Source: a virus. Taken from it: a DNA stretch of 64,000 nucleotides. This document shows positions 28,701 through 37,666 of this stretch, one piece after another. Numbering within the stretch: the first letter of the stretch is position 1; each line of letters starts with the position of its first letter. The notes under the pieces were generated by a model. That model saw only the letters and a program-made list of their open reading frames with translations. It did no database searches and had not been told where the DNA came from. The stretch lies in IMG/VR virus record IMGVR_UViG_3300027833_003138, positions 76,315 to 140,314 of that record; one strand, given 5' to 3'. The translations under genes and the position numbers were made by a program.

Positions 28701-31700
28701 GCCTCCGATACCAAATATTCCGGGTTTGGGACATCAAATAACCGGTTATTATTACAAACTTCTTCCTTTTGACTCTTTTGGTAGTGGCGACTTATTTAAC
28801 GTAACAGATAATCAAGGAAGTCTTGAGCGGGTTTTGGTTTATCCTCATGGGTACAATAACCAGAACGAAAATGGATACATGGGGCCAGTTTTCTCAACAA
28901 CAGAAGATGCGATCCCTGGCCCCGTTAAAGATTTTAAGGGAGATACGGCTTTTAGGAATTATTTCTTGAATTGGAAGATGCCTGATGCAGAATTTAATTC
29001 TGCAAATAACATAATAAACACTTCTCCAAACGATATAAGTCATTACGAAGTTTGGGAGTCGGAAGATAACTACCTTTATTTCGGAACTGAGGATACGACT
29101 CTCGACGAAACAAGAAATTTATCCGGATACAGAAGAATAACTGGAGACCTAACCAGTGTCGGTCCAATACCCTCAGAGATTAATGACCCAGCTTCGGGAA
29201 TAACCAACGCAACAAACGTTTTAAATATTTCAGCAATATCTCCAAGCGTGCAAGTAACGCATCAAGGAGAACCTAATGATAAAAGATATTTTTGGGTTAG
29301 ATCTGTGGATCACGCGGGTAATAAAGGTCCGTTTACTGGCGACGCTAACCTAGGATCCTCTAATGATATCATAGGTTTGGACTTGACCTTGGGGCAGGCT
29401 AGAACCACAGATGTTTCGGATTTTGAGCAAAACATAACCCAAACATTTCCAAACACTCTAGCTTTAGTTCCAAACAACCCTTTTGCAGCTAATCAGCCAT
29501 ACGGGGGGGAAGTTTCGTGGGACCGACATTTTGTATATAATGACGGAGTTGGTTATGTTATTGGGGGTAGCGACACTCACGATCTGAAAACTAGTCAGGG
29601 ATTAAGTACAGCTAAATATATTTATTGGAAGAGCGGTGATATGTCCGCCTTAACGGCAGAACAGTACTCGATGTTGGGGCTTGCTCCTCCTGGAGATAAG
29701 GTTGTCCGATTGATTGATGCGGAGATAGATGGGGCACAAAATATAACCAATAATCAATTTTCTATCAAGGAAACAGATTATGATTTAGGAACAAACAACC
29801 AATACAATAATCATTATATACGCTTTAAGAATGGGCTGCTAGACACTCAAGAAAGAAAAATATCTAATTATCAAAGATTTTCTAATTACGTAACAATAAC
29901 CCTAGATAGATCATTTTCTCAACCCCCTTTAAGTGGAGATGATATAGAAATTCTGGAAGAGGTTGCAGTAAGTTCTGCCATCACGAATCCTCTTCGCAGT
30001 ATTCAATTCTCTGGGCAGTATAGGGTTTCTGATTACCACCCAGCTGGAGAAGGAGAAACAAGCGACCCGTCTGCTTACGCAGGGCCAGACATGGATTCGG
30101 AAAAACCAAGTCTGCTTGATGATAATGATTTTATTATTGCAAGAAACGCGGGGGGCATACCAACCCCAATGTGGCACGCTTTTGCGAATGCAACAATAGG
30201 CACCGCTCATATAGAAGAAGCCGCAATAACTAATGCGAAAATACACAATTTAACAGCTGATAAAATAAGATCTTCTGTAATACAGTCTCAAGACATTCAG
30301 GTTGGTGGAGACGCCAATAGTGGGCAAATCCGAAGTGCTGGTTTTGGGCTGTTGAATGATGTAGGCGGTTACGGATATGATTGTGTGGACGCTCCAGGAG
30401 CAGGCTTTGCGATCAGCGGAAACGGTTCTTTTGTTTTTAAAACAGAAAGGGGTAAGTTGTTTTTTGAGGAGGACGAGTTAACTATTCACGGAAATATAAG
30501 ACAAAAGGACGGCTCCGAGTTGACCGTAATGTCAATGAATGCAGAGCCCTCGGTTTTTAATTACGAAGAGACTGCAGATGGCGTTTTTAAACCCGAGCTA
30601 AATCAAACTTCAAACATTACTGTAAGATTTAATAATAGCGATATTACCGAAAACGATGTTAGATTCAAAATGGAACTTCCTGATGGAACTAATGTTTTTA
30701 ATTATACTGACTATTCAAATGGTTATAATACTCATGGCTTTGAGTATCAGCCAAACAATACTTATTTTAATTCAGACACTCAAGTTGCAACTGCTACGTT
30801 TAAAGTTGGAAATAAAGAAACCAACACCGCAGGTTTTGATAAAATCATTCACGGAAATGATGATATTATTGACTTTCAATCTGTTATTATATACGCTTCT
30901 GGTATAGGCACAAGCACCGAACATTCAACAACAGTAAGTGTGCTTGCCAATGGAGCTCCTGGACCAACAGGAAAAACACCTGTTTATAGAGGCGTGTGGG
31001 ATTCCACAAAGAATTACATCGGCATGGAGGATGGAATTCAAGGGTCCGACACGGCAGAGGAATTGAGAGGAGATCTAGTCTATTACGATAATCCCTCATC
31101 TCCAGCAGGAGGAAATGGGCATCATTATATAGCTATGAAAAATAGCGGTCCGTCAAGTGCGGTTATTACCCCGGGACAACACGCCCAAACAGACGATTAT
31201 TGGAAGAAATTCGGAGCCGAATTTCAAAGCGTAGCAACTAACTTGCTGCTTGCGGACAATGCGGTCATAACTCATAGCTTGACTATGGGGAGTAGCGACG
31301 ATGATAATCCAGCAACCCATGGAGCGGGTGGAAAAATCGTATCTTCTAGTTTCTTGGGTGGATTTAGTGATGATTTAACAGCCAATCGAAGCATAGAAGA
31401 TTATTCGAATGCGGGTTTTAGGCTGCAAAAATCAGCCACTTCTCCTTATAATGTAGCTTTAGATGTTGGTGGGCCAAACTCATATTTTAGATATAGCAGT
31501 ATAGCTGACAGGGTAGAAATAAGAGGAAGTTTTATAAATAATAATATTATTGATGGTTCTGTAACTAGCAACTTAGCGGGTGCAGTAGGAGATCCAAAGT
31601 CTGTTTTTATAGGAGGTGGTTATAATAACCAAATTAATAATTCCAGTTTCACTAATCTTAATTGCCTGGCCTCTTCGATAGTTGGCGGTGGAGATAACCT

Positions 31701-32514
31701 TATACAAGGAAGGTTTTCTATAATAGGTAATGGGTATGGAAATGAATTAAAAGATAATTTTTCTGTTATATGCGGTGGGTTTGAAAATAAAATGCCACTC
31801 GGCAGCTCTGTTAATGAGGGCGCTAATATAATAGGCGCGGGTTATCAAAACCAAATAAACGGAGGCTCTATTCAGGGAATTCTTGGCGGTTCAAAAAACG
31901 TTATAGATAATTCCTCTGGCACTAAACATTATAATAGTGCAGGTGGATGGGCTAATGTTTTAAAAAGAGGCCTGGATCAAGCAATATATGGTGACGCAGG
32001 GGTAGGGTGGTTAACTAATACCTGGATTAATACACATCTAGATTATAATGTATTAGGTTATTGGCCGGAAGGTTTATTTTTTAGTTCAGATTTATCCAAT
32101 GCATCGGGCGGGTCGACCCCTAAGCTCGGTTGGACCTTCTCGTCCGCTTTTGGGTGGGCTTATTTTTCTTATGTAGGCACACCTAACGGTATGTATGATA
32201 CTGTTAATACAAGCGGCGGCGTTTGGATGTATGCGGAAATTTTCTCAAATACTCCGGAGTGGTGTTTTCTTTTTCATCCAGGTGCGATGGTTAATGCATC
32301 GTTTTATAAAGCAACTTCTGGGGTTGGTTTATGGTTTGACCCTGCGTATATAGCAAACTCCGCTTCGCTGGGAACTTTCGAACACGGTTCTGGGAAGCGA
32401 ATGCATAGATCTTCGAATAGTACATGGTATGATATAATTATTAATTCTGCCAACGAAGTCTGGTATAGCGCTGCAGCTAGTGGCGGCAGTGCTAAAACTT
32501 GGTATAAAAAATAA
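25735..32514 (+). CDS. Central tail fibre / J C-terminal part with FnIII, CBM5/12-like repeats and beta-helix repeats
   Basis: FnIII-like YFWVRSVDHAGNKGPF; Y..GD.V...G..Y.C repeats; IGTAHIEEAAITNAKIHNLTADKI as in gpJ C-termini; S.I.GG..N.I repeats. Confidence 0.75.
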   Translation: MLSTAIGIQFDVNDLKANYEVIGSSDNYSFQYNLGKGSKLVDFEGETAQKTISLNGNYGIFSIRIFAVSDVGIRSEFLEEKISISPPLFDDTFTFSEIKVSNLPQDSNIGSTIEIEPSESGNLLAVNSEYINRNVEIEWRLSPPPGHAKEGRSLGNELLSDKFLRDFSLQIRNTENGNIISDAELNNSVALQSTLNTPSVSDMMDAYTGFSFTISNDTITELSLDRTLALEVVSNDAFGRQATGVLTGINYLPTVDSLSYNLRGAKMSFSWSSQDTDFYEAQISSLGIPGDEEIYDPYNLQRSIDYYEALSSATIWEKHNNYRVGDKVIHDLIVFECIQDYRYSNFPDVNTSDTSYWTNVGPVIDHSFTQENITENNKEFNQIWGYNYYYSFMPSDGYGTGQRLNLTETGLHPGGELNPFKSDVKIDNLNFIERDDDLIFRWNVTDQDNNLVDLNQYKFLVGSTDKPSILGISGSLYDSDTNLFLTGITEGLNSRTSVTENGVESISENLPGTKVFETYEYTREINNSIYKVGGFPEHQDFSYSGQYNNGDHVVFESSLYRATSETALSSDKLITPLVPPWSPGINYLFRTGLHHSDSFSYASGVYSVFGTVNNEIIGPDASDVVGLYNELENYSIGDLIISPNGNTEIYKGGRFFDVGDSVLYEGSLYTCITQQESSDYISPDTGMNHWKTASAFSSVSADIYKAIAAVPQSSEILPSTGYTHWQVQNPETSNKYYLLAENYDFPIRNWSQLDDFSSADFVVYANDIWSGVDSSGPNTPAGSKIPNLSNNSYWTNTDNQSSDFSTSHQVGDKVFSNGAIYKCLANNPTGAPLEAVVDNSSQINSSYQSSQWAPYWELNTGFDGVIFKHEGIPEKGKRSVGLELAILSPLGEVLNSRRIVGNNPEPSILPQGFQVDSLSNVTQVHFNFNYAFGSREQTTKVQLYRSEFPSFSILDGNGFPGSGAGSFVSEILGPGDSTFGKNITSITDSPPIPNIPGLGHQITGYYYKLLPFDSFGSGDLFNVTDNQGSLERVLVYPHGYNNQNENGYMGPVFSTTEDAIPGPVKDFKGDTAFRNYFLNWKMPDAEFNSANNIINTSPNDISHYEVWESEDNYLYFGTEDTTLDETRNLSGYRRITGDLTSVGPIPSEINDPASGITNATNVLNISAISPSVQVTHQGEPNDKRYFWVRSVDHAGNKGPFTGDANLGSSNDIIGLDLTLGQARTTDVSDFEQNITQTFPNTLALVPNNPFAANQPYGGEVSWDRHFVYNDGVGYVIGGSDTHDLKTSQGLSTAKYIYWKSGDMSALTAEQYSMLGLAPPGDKVVRLIDAEIDGAQNITNNQFSIKETDYDLGTNNQYNNHYIRFKNGLLDTQERKISNYQRFSNYVTITLDRSFSQPPLSGDDIEILEEVAVSSAITNPLRSIQFSGQYRVSDYHPAGEGETSDPSAYAGPDMDSEKPSLLDDNDFIIARNAGGIPTPMWHAFANATIGTAHIEEAAITNAKIHNLTADKIRSSVIQSQDIQVGGDANSGQIRSAGFGLLNDVGGYGYDCVDAPGAGFAISGNGSFVFKTERGKLFFEEDELTIHGNIRQKDGSELTVMSMNAEPSVFNYEETADGVFKPELNQTSNITVRFNNSDITENDVRFKMELPDGTNVFNYTDYSNGYNTHGFEYQPNNTYFNSDTQVATATFKVGNKETNTAGFDKIIHGNDDIIDFQSVIIYASGIGTSTEHSTTVSVLANGAPGPTGKTPVYRGVWDSTKNYIGMEDGIQGSDTAEELRGDLVYYDNPSSPAGGNGHHYIAMKNSGPSSAVITPGQHAQTDDYWKKFGAEFQSVATNLLLADNAVITHSLTMGSSDDDNPATHGAGGKIVSSSFLGGFSDDLTANRSIEDYSNAGFRLQKSATSPYNVALDVGGPNSYFRYSSIADRVEIRGSFINNNIIDGSVTSNLAGAVGDPKSVFIGGGYNNQINNSSFTNLNCLASSIVGGGDNLIQGRFSIIGNGYGNELKDNFSVICGGFENKMPLGSSVNEGANIIGAGYQNQINGGSIQGILGGSKNVIDNSSGTKHYNSAGGWANVLKRGLDQAIYGDAGVGWLTNTWINTHLDYNVLGYWPEGLFFSSDLSNASGGSTPKLGWTFSSAFGWAYFSYVGTPNGMYDTVNTSGGVWMYAEIFSNTPEWCFLFHPGAMVNASFYKATSGVGLWFDPAYIANSASLGTFEHGSGKRMHRSSNSTWYDIIINSANEVWYSAAASGGSAKTWYKK

Positions 32515-32529
32515 ATAAATAAATAAATT

Positions 32530-33207
32530 ATGAGTTCTATCCCCCCACCTCCGCCAACTTTTACGCCTAGTATTCCTGCGCCAAATTTTAATCCAGGATC
32601 GCCTCCTTCTGTTTTCGTTCCCTCTTTTACTGCTGACGGATTTGATTCGGGCAACGCTATTATTGCGGGCTATAACAATGAGATATTGGGGTCTTGTAGG
32701 TCGACAATAATAAATGGGCAAGGTAATTACATAACAAATAAATACAACACTCATATCTTGGGGGACTTTGTTTCCCCTTTGGATCCTAGTGGGACAAGCA
32801 ATGGAAGTCAGTCGGATTTGGTCGACAACGCTTTTTATATTGGTTGTATAAATGGGGTTCACTCATACGGTGATGTAGTAGCTTATGCTGCGTCGGACAA
32901 GAGGTTAAAAGATAATATTAAATCAATCAAGGACCCTTTGTCAAAAATTTTATCTCTGGATTCTGTAAGCTTTGACTGGAACAAAAAACAGGAAACCTAC
33001 AAAGGTCGCGATATAGGATTAATAGCCCAGCAGGTAGAAAAGATTGCTCCGGAACTGGTGACAACTAGAGAAAATGGATATCTTGCGATAAAATACGACA
33101 AATTAACAACATTACTTGTTGGAGCTATAAAAGAGCAGCAAGAGCAGATTGATGTTTTAAGCGATAGGGTTGAGAGCTTGCTAAGAAAGCTAGACTCTAT
33201 GAGTTGA
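32530..33207 (+). CDS. Short fibre protein with peptidase S74 intramolecular chaperone domain
   Basis: ASDKRLKDNI...FDW...IGLIAQQVEKIAPELV...IKYDKL..LLVGAIKE. Confidence 0.85.
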   Translation: MSSIPPPPPTFTPSIPAPNFNPGSPPSVFVPSFTADGFDSGNAIIAGYNNEILGSCRSTIINGQGNYITNKYNTHILGDFVSPLDPSGTSNGSQSDLVDNAFYIGCINGVHSYGDVVAYAASDKRLKDNIKSIKDPLSKILSLDSVSFDWNKKQETYKGRDIGLIAQQVEKIAPELVTTRENGYLAIKYDKLTTLLVGAIKEQQEQIDVLSDRVESLLRKLDSMS

Positions 33208-34000
33208 TTACCTTCATTAATACTCTTGACTCTGTCGGGGGAATATCTGAGTAATCGTTCCAGTCTTTAACTGAATCGTTTTTATATTTTCCGGTCTTCC
33301 ACCAATCTCTAAGTATAACTTTAAACTCTTCAAAACTGGAACAATTCAATTTATCTCCAGCTAGAGACTCTATCATTGATGAAGGAGTAAGTGATCCTCC
33401 AGAGGAATTACTAGATACTGTCTGGCTGGATTTATCTATTTCATCGTCTCCCACGATATGAACATTTAAAAAATTTCTTACGCATCTAACAAAAGCTCTA
33501 TTGCATGCTATAGTCTCTAAAAACTTCGTAGCAAAGCTGCTAGTGTTGTCTAGAGTGGCGTTAGCCATGTCTTGAAAGATTACTGGTTCACCAAAGGTTT
33601 CATAGTTTGGTAAAAATTTCATTCTGCATACCACTGCAACATGGTTGAGTTCACACCTAACCGTTTCATATGCAACATCCGAAAAGCCTCTTAATTTTGC
33701 AAGCTCCTTGATCCCGCTAAGTTTTATTAATAATTGATAATCTTTTAGTCCAATTATAGATCTAGGCAAATCTTTTTTTCTTAAACTAAACCAGGATTTG
33801 TTTGGAAAAAGGTTTTCGTCTTTAATCATGGCTCTCCAATTTACAGAGCCATCCTCTGAAAATTCGTAATCTACGTTATCAAGCAATCCAAATTCATTTC
33901 TTAGAAATTTACCCGGACCGTCTTTGTAGTTTTTAATATAAACTAAATTGCTTTGTTCTTTGTTTTCTGAATTATTTTCTGATGTCTTTGTTTTTACCAT
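33197..34000 (-). CDS. Putative Rad52/Sak-like single-strand annealing protein
   Basis: GIKELA...AVV.C...MANAT..N...FLETIACNRAFVRCVRNFLNV resembles the AETRA.GRALR core. Confidence 0.4.
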   Translation of the reverse strand: MVKTKTSENNSENKEQSNLVYIKNYKDGPGKFLRNEFGLLDNVDYEFSEDGSVNWRAMIKDENLFPNKSWFSLRKKDLPRSIIGLKDYQLLIKLSGIKELAKLRGFSDVAYETVRCELNHVAVVCRMKFLPNYETFGEPVIFQDMANATLDNTSSFATKFLETIACNRAFVRCVRNFLNVHIVGDDEIDKSSQTVSSNSSGGSLTPSSMIESLAGDKLNCSSFEEFKVILRDWWKTGKYKNDSVKDWNDYSDIPPTESRVLMKVINS

Positions 34001-35159
34001 GATTTTTGTCGTTATAAATTTTTAGAGTATCAATTTCTTCCCAAAATTCAGGACAGTCTATAACTTGGTCGTGTTCTCCTTCGAGCTCATTTTTCCAAGC
34101 AGCTTTACTGTTGTATATTTGTCCTCCTGATATGATCTTCATTGAATTTTTATAACGAGTATTATCGCATAGTTTTTCAGAATTGTCAAGGTCTTTTTTA
34201 GTTTTTTCTTTTAACAAGGTAATCGGCCAGTCGAAGAATTTTAATCTTAGTTCATTTATTATACTTTCATCTTTGCATAATAGATTAAATCTAACGCCTC
34301 CTTTTTCTAGAGATTTAAAATAACTTTCTTTACTGTCGTGTGATACGAAATAATTTATTCTGTTTATATTTTTACGTATAACATTTAAGTATCTAATTTT
34401 CATTGGTTTGTCGAGAAATATATTACATTTTCTATCGTATGCCCATTTTGCTATATTTTGCTCGTCAAAACATTCATGACCCCATATGTTGACGGGTTGA
34501 CCCTTTGCAAAGCTTGCGGGCATTATATGGTTGGGAACTACGGAAATAGCTGGGATGTGGTATTGAGGCCCTAAATGTAGAGTTTCTATTTCTGAAATGG
34601 TATTTTTGATTTTTAACAATTTTAAAATAGACGAAGCTATTTCCTCAGGTTTAATTAAATTCACCATCTTCGGCTCTTCACTGTCAGAAAACGACGGCTT
34701 TAGCCCGTTCCTGTGGGACTCGATAAGTATCTGGTTTTCTTTGTCTCCCCAATATGGACCACAACACTCTTTAAATAGTACGCTATATAGGCACACTATT
34801 TTTTTATTAAAGCCAGAGGCTATATGGGTGCTAAATGAATCATTCCCAAAATGCAAAAGCGAATTCTGTATGATATATGCGGATTGTTTTATATTTGTTC
34901 TTCCGTGCAAATGCTCGCAACCCCTGATTGATTTATCTTCTTTTCCGCCTATTTGTATAACCTTAATTCCTTCGCTATTTAAATGAGGCAGAATCATTTC
35001 CATTACGTCATTATAGTAGTCGTAATTCTTTGCTTGCATTCCACTGCTCGCATGAAGGGTTATGTATTTGTTTTCGGCTATGGGGTAAAAGCAAGTCTCT
35101 ATGTGGGGCTTATCTATTTTAACTCCACACGATAAGGCGTATTGTTCGATTAAGTGCAT
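33972..35159 (-). CDS. GT9 (heptosyltransferase-like) C-terminal domain protein
   Basis: YITLHASSG..AKNY, VIQIGG, GRTNIKQSAYII, GNDSFSTHIA. Confidence 0.7.
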   Translation of the reverse strand: MHLIEQYALSCGVKIDKPHIETCFYPIAENKYITLHASSGMQAKNYDYYNDVMEMILPHLNSEGIKVIQIGGKEDKSIRGCEHLHGRTNIKQSAYIIQNSLLHFGNDSFSTHIASGFNKKIVCLYSVLFKECCGPYWGDKENQILIESHRNGLKPSFSDSEEPKMVNLIKPEEIASSILKLLKIKNTISEIETLHLGPQYHIPAISVVPNHIMPASFAKGQPVNIWGHECFDEQNIAKWAYDRKCNIFLDKPMKIRYLNVIRKNINRINYFVSHDSKESYFKSLEKGGVRFNLLCKDESIINELRLKFFDWPITLLKEKTKKDLDNSEKLCDNTRYKNSMKIISGGQIYNSKAAWKNELEGEHDQVIDCPEFWEEIDTLKIYNDKNHGKNKDIRK

Positions 35160-37057
35160 AAATTAAATTGTATTTTATCTTTACCGTTGTGCATGTAATT
35201 CAACATTCTTTGCGTCCCTATAAACGGAAGAAACGCTACTTCAAAAAAACCTTTATGATTTCCTTGCCCCTCCATTGATGGCAAACTGTCCAGTCCCTTG
35301 CTATATGGTATCACTTTATGTATATATGGGTTGCCGTCTAGTATGTCGAAATACTCTGGTTTTGTTGCGAAGTAAATGTTGTAATCAGGGTAAGTTTCTT
35401 TGATGTTTTTTAATAGCGATGTGCATAAGTAGATATCTCCAATGCTTTGGGGCATAGATATCAAGAGCCTGCCTCCTTCGTCGTCTTTATCTAGAAGCTC
35501 TATAAAGTCTATTTTTTGATTTTTTTGATTATCTTGAGTCGCTACCTGTTTGAAGTATTTTAAGACATCCTCTCTTGGCATATTTTCAGATAGTCTTTTC
35601 ATCCAATGCTTGTGTCCGTCGTCTGTGCTGTCTAGATCTATTTTTAGTATATTTTTGTATAAGTCTATAACCCATTCTGAGTTATCTTTAATATTTGGAG
35701 GTGTGTAGTCTGCATTTTTTTCTTCTACTTCAAAATTAAAATCCCAGTCAACCTCGGGCATTTCATCTATGATAGACTCCAGCTTCTTTCCGATGACCTC
35801 TATGCTATAATTATTTATTACAAATTCTCTCGATTTCTTGCCCACTTCTTTCACCTTGCTAGGCTTCATTTTGAGAACCTTCTTGAGTTGATTAGCTATG
35901 CTTTGGGGGTTAGTGCTTGCTTTTATAAATTGAGTGCCAGGCTCTCTGTATTCGGTCCAGCTAAGAGGCAAGCTTCCGCTTTCATCGGTACAACAATCTT
36001 CTCCACAGCTGTAATTCGTAACCAGGGTTATAAGCTCTGCTAGTTTAGCTTCCTGAATAGGTATTTCTTGCCCGCCGCTAGTAAAGGGGTGGCAATAAAC
36101 ATTCATTAAATTATATATCTCGTTTAACTGTTCTTCGGAGACCCCAGCTTTAGTGTTGGTTGTTACTTGAGATTTCTCTGCGCCGCAAAATCTACAATCC
36201 AGATCTTCTTCTTTATAAGCTTTTATTTCGTACTTTTTACAGTTCTTGCAAAAATAAGTCGTAACTACTTTTTCTGGGTCAATGCCTTTTTCTTTAATTA
36301 ATCTAGGAATGTCCCAACCCTCTTTCCAGTGAGTATGTAATAATAGTTTAGTTTTAGATTCTGGGTTCTGATTGCAGAATATTTTAAATCCTTCAATTAA
36401 ATTTGGAACGCTTTTTCTTAATTGGTTTCTAAAAACAAACCCCACTAAGAAGTCATCTTCTTTTATGTTTTGTTCTTTTCTTATTTTTAATCTATCTTCA
36501 TCTTTAAGTTTGAAAAATTTAGATGTATCCAGAGCGCCATGTAAAGTTTTCACATGTTCGTGGCCAAGCCTGTTTAGTTCTTTAGATGCGAATGACGCCC
36601 AGGAGTAATAGTTTTTTATTTTAGGGGCGAGCTTGACAGCTTCCGGTAGAATGGGTAAACTGTCTAGTGTTGTCCATATCATGCAGTTAATTTTGTTCCA
36701 CCACTTCTTTTCTGTATATCCAGAAAAAGCCCAAATATCTTCTATACCTATATATATATCAGGCTTCTCTTCTTCTAGAAATTTATCTATAGTTTGCCCT
36801 CCGTATCCAGCGCTTCTAGCTAAGCCGGGATCTTCATTTAGCTTGCGCAGCAGGGCTGGATTGTTTGGCAGTGAGCCTTGGCATTTCCATGGCAGGGTTG
36901 AAAGTATCGGGTCTCCCCATTTGATTCCGTTTGAGAATTCAACCAGTTCGTACTTTCCTGTTTTCTCTAAGTGGAGAAGTATATTTTTAGTATGCTTTCC
37001 GAAGCCAGTAAAAGCCTTGCAGTGATTGCTGTGTATTAATACCTTTTTCTTCTTCAT
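35150..37057 (-). CDS. GT4-like glycosyltransferase with Zn ribbon and a C-terminal GT9 N-domain
   Basis: TGFG, RNQLRKSVPNLIEGF, CKNC/CRFC, HPFTSGGQEIPIQEA; C-terminal SIGDIYLCTSLLKNIKETYPD...ILDGNPYI. Confidence 0.8.
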   Translation of the reverse strand: MKKKKVLIHSNHCKAFTGFGKHTKNILLHLEKTGKYELVEFSNGIKWGDPILSTLPWKCQGSLPNNPALLRKLNEDPGLARSAGYGGQTIDKFLEEEKPDIYIGIEDIWAFSGYTEKKWWNKINCMIWTTLDSLPILPEAVKLAPKIKNYYSWASFASKELNRLGHEHVKTLHGALDTSKFFKLKDEDRLKIRKEQNIKEDDFLVGFVFRNQLRKSVPNLIEGFKIFCNQNPESKTKLLLHTHWKEGWDIPRLIKEKGIDPEKVVTTYFCKNCKKYEIKAYKEEDLDCRFCGAEKSQVTTNTKAGVSEEQLNEIYNLMNVYCHPFTSGGQEIPIQEAKLAELITLVTNYSCGEDCCTDESGSLPLSWTEYREPGTQFIKASTNPQSIANQLKKVLKMKPSKVKEVGKKSREFVINNYSIEVIGKKLESIIDEMPEVDWDFNFEVEEKNADYTPPNIKDNSEWVIDLYKNILKIDLDSTDDGHKHWMKRLSENMPREDVLKYFKQVATQDNQKNQKIDFIELLDKDDEGGRLLISMPQSIGDIYLCTSLLKNIKETYPDYNIYFATKPEYFDILDGNPYIHKVIPYSKGLDSLPSMEGQGNHKGFFEVAFLPFIGTQRMLNYMHNGKDKIQFNLCT

Positions 37058-37618
37058 TTAAAAAGGAGCTTCGTCATTGCCCGTGGGCTTTTTAGTTTCC
37101 TCTTGTTGGTCTTTTTTATATTTTTGTATGTTTTTGATTTCTTCTCTTCTTCTGTGGGAATACAATTCTTTGAGGTAGAATTTCAAAAACTGATCAAGAT
37201 TTTCCACTTCTCCAGGCTCAATAGGTATTCTGAATGACTGATTTCCGTTTCTTGTGAAAGTTATGCCAAAGGCTGGTAGGGTAATAGAACCGTTCTGCGT
37301 TTTTTGCTGCTTATCCCACGGAACAAACTTGATGGACGTTTTGTTTTCTTCGTAGCTGTGGAACGCTGAATATTCGTAACGCTTGTTTAATGAGCTGATA
37401 ATTCCGCCAATCTCAAATTCACTAAACTTTAGGTTTATGTTTTTGTCTGGATTGTCTTTATTTCCAGAAAAGTTTCCAGATCTTTTCTTGTCGTCCCAGC
37501 TGTATTGTTGTATTGCACTAACATAAACAACAGGTTCTTTGTTTCTGTTGACTCCGATTTTAAAATTAAATGCGCAGCCTGCGTTTTTACTGTTTGGTTT
37601 GTATAGTGATATGCTCAT
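37058..37618 (-). CDS. Whirly-like ssDNA-binding protein (putative)
   Basis: SLYK, YSWD, FSEFEIGGII, AFH and IPIEPGE follow the Whirly motif order; SSB-like acidic tail DEAPF. Confidence 0.45.
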   Translation of the reverse strand: MSISLYKPNSKNAGCAFNFKIGVNRNKEPVVYVSAIQQYSWDDKKRSGNFSGNKDNPDKNINLKFSEFEIGGIISSLNKRYEYSAFHSYEENKTSIKFVPWDKQQKTQNGSITLPAFGITFTRNGNQSFRIPIEPGEVENLDQFLKFYLKELYSHRRREEIKNIQKYKKDQQEETKKPTGNDEAPF

Positions 37619-37666
37619 AATATATTATTGATTTTATAAGAGATACTATCCTGGAATCTTTTTTTC

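Noticed and set aside
1705-33207. Contractile tail, tailocin or gene transfer agent
   Set aside because: No sheath or baseplate wedge genes were recognised; the tip is lambda-like and the window carries phage replication and transcription genes.
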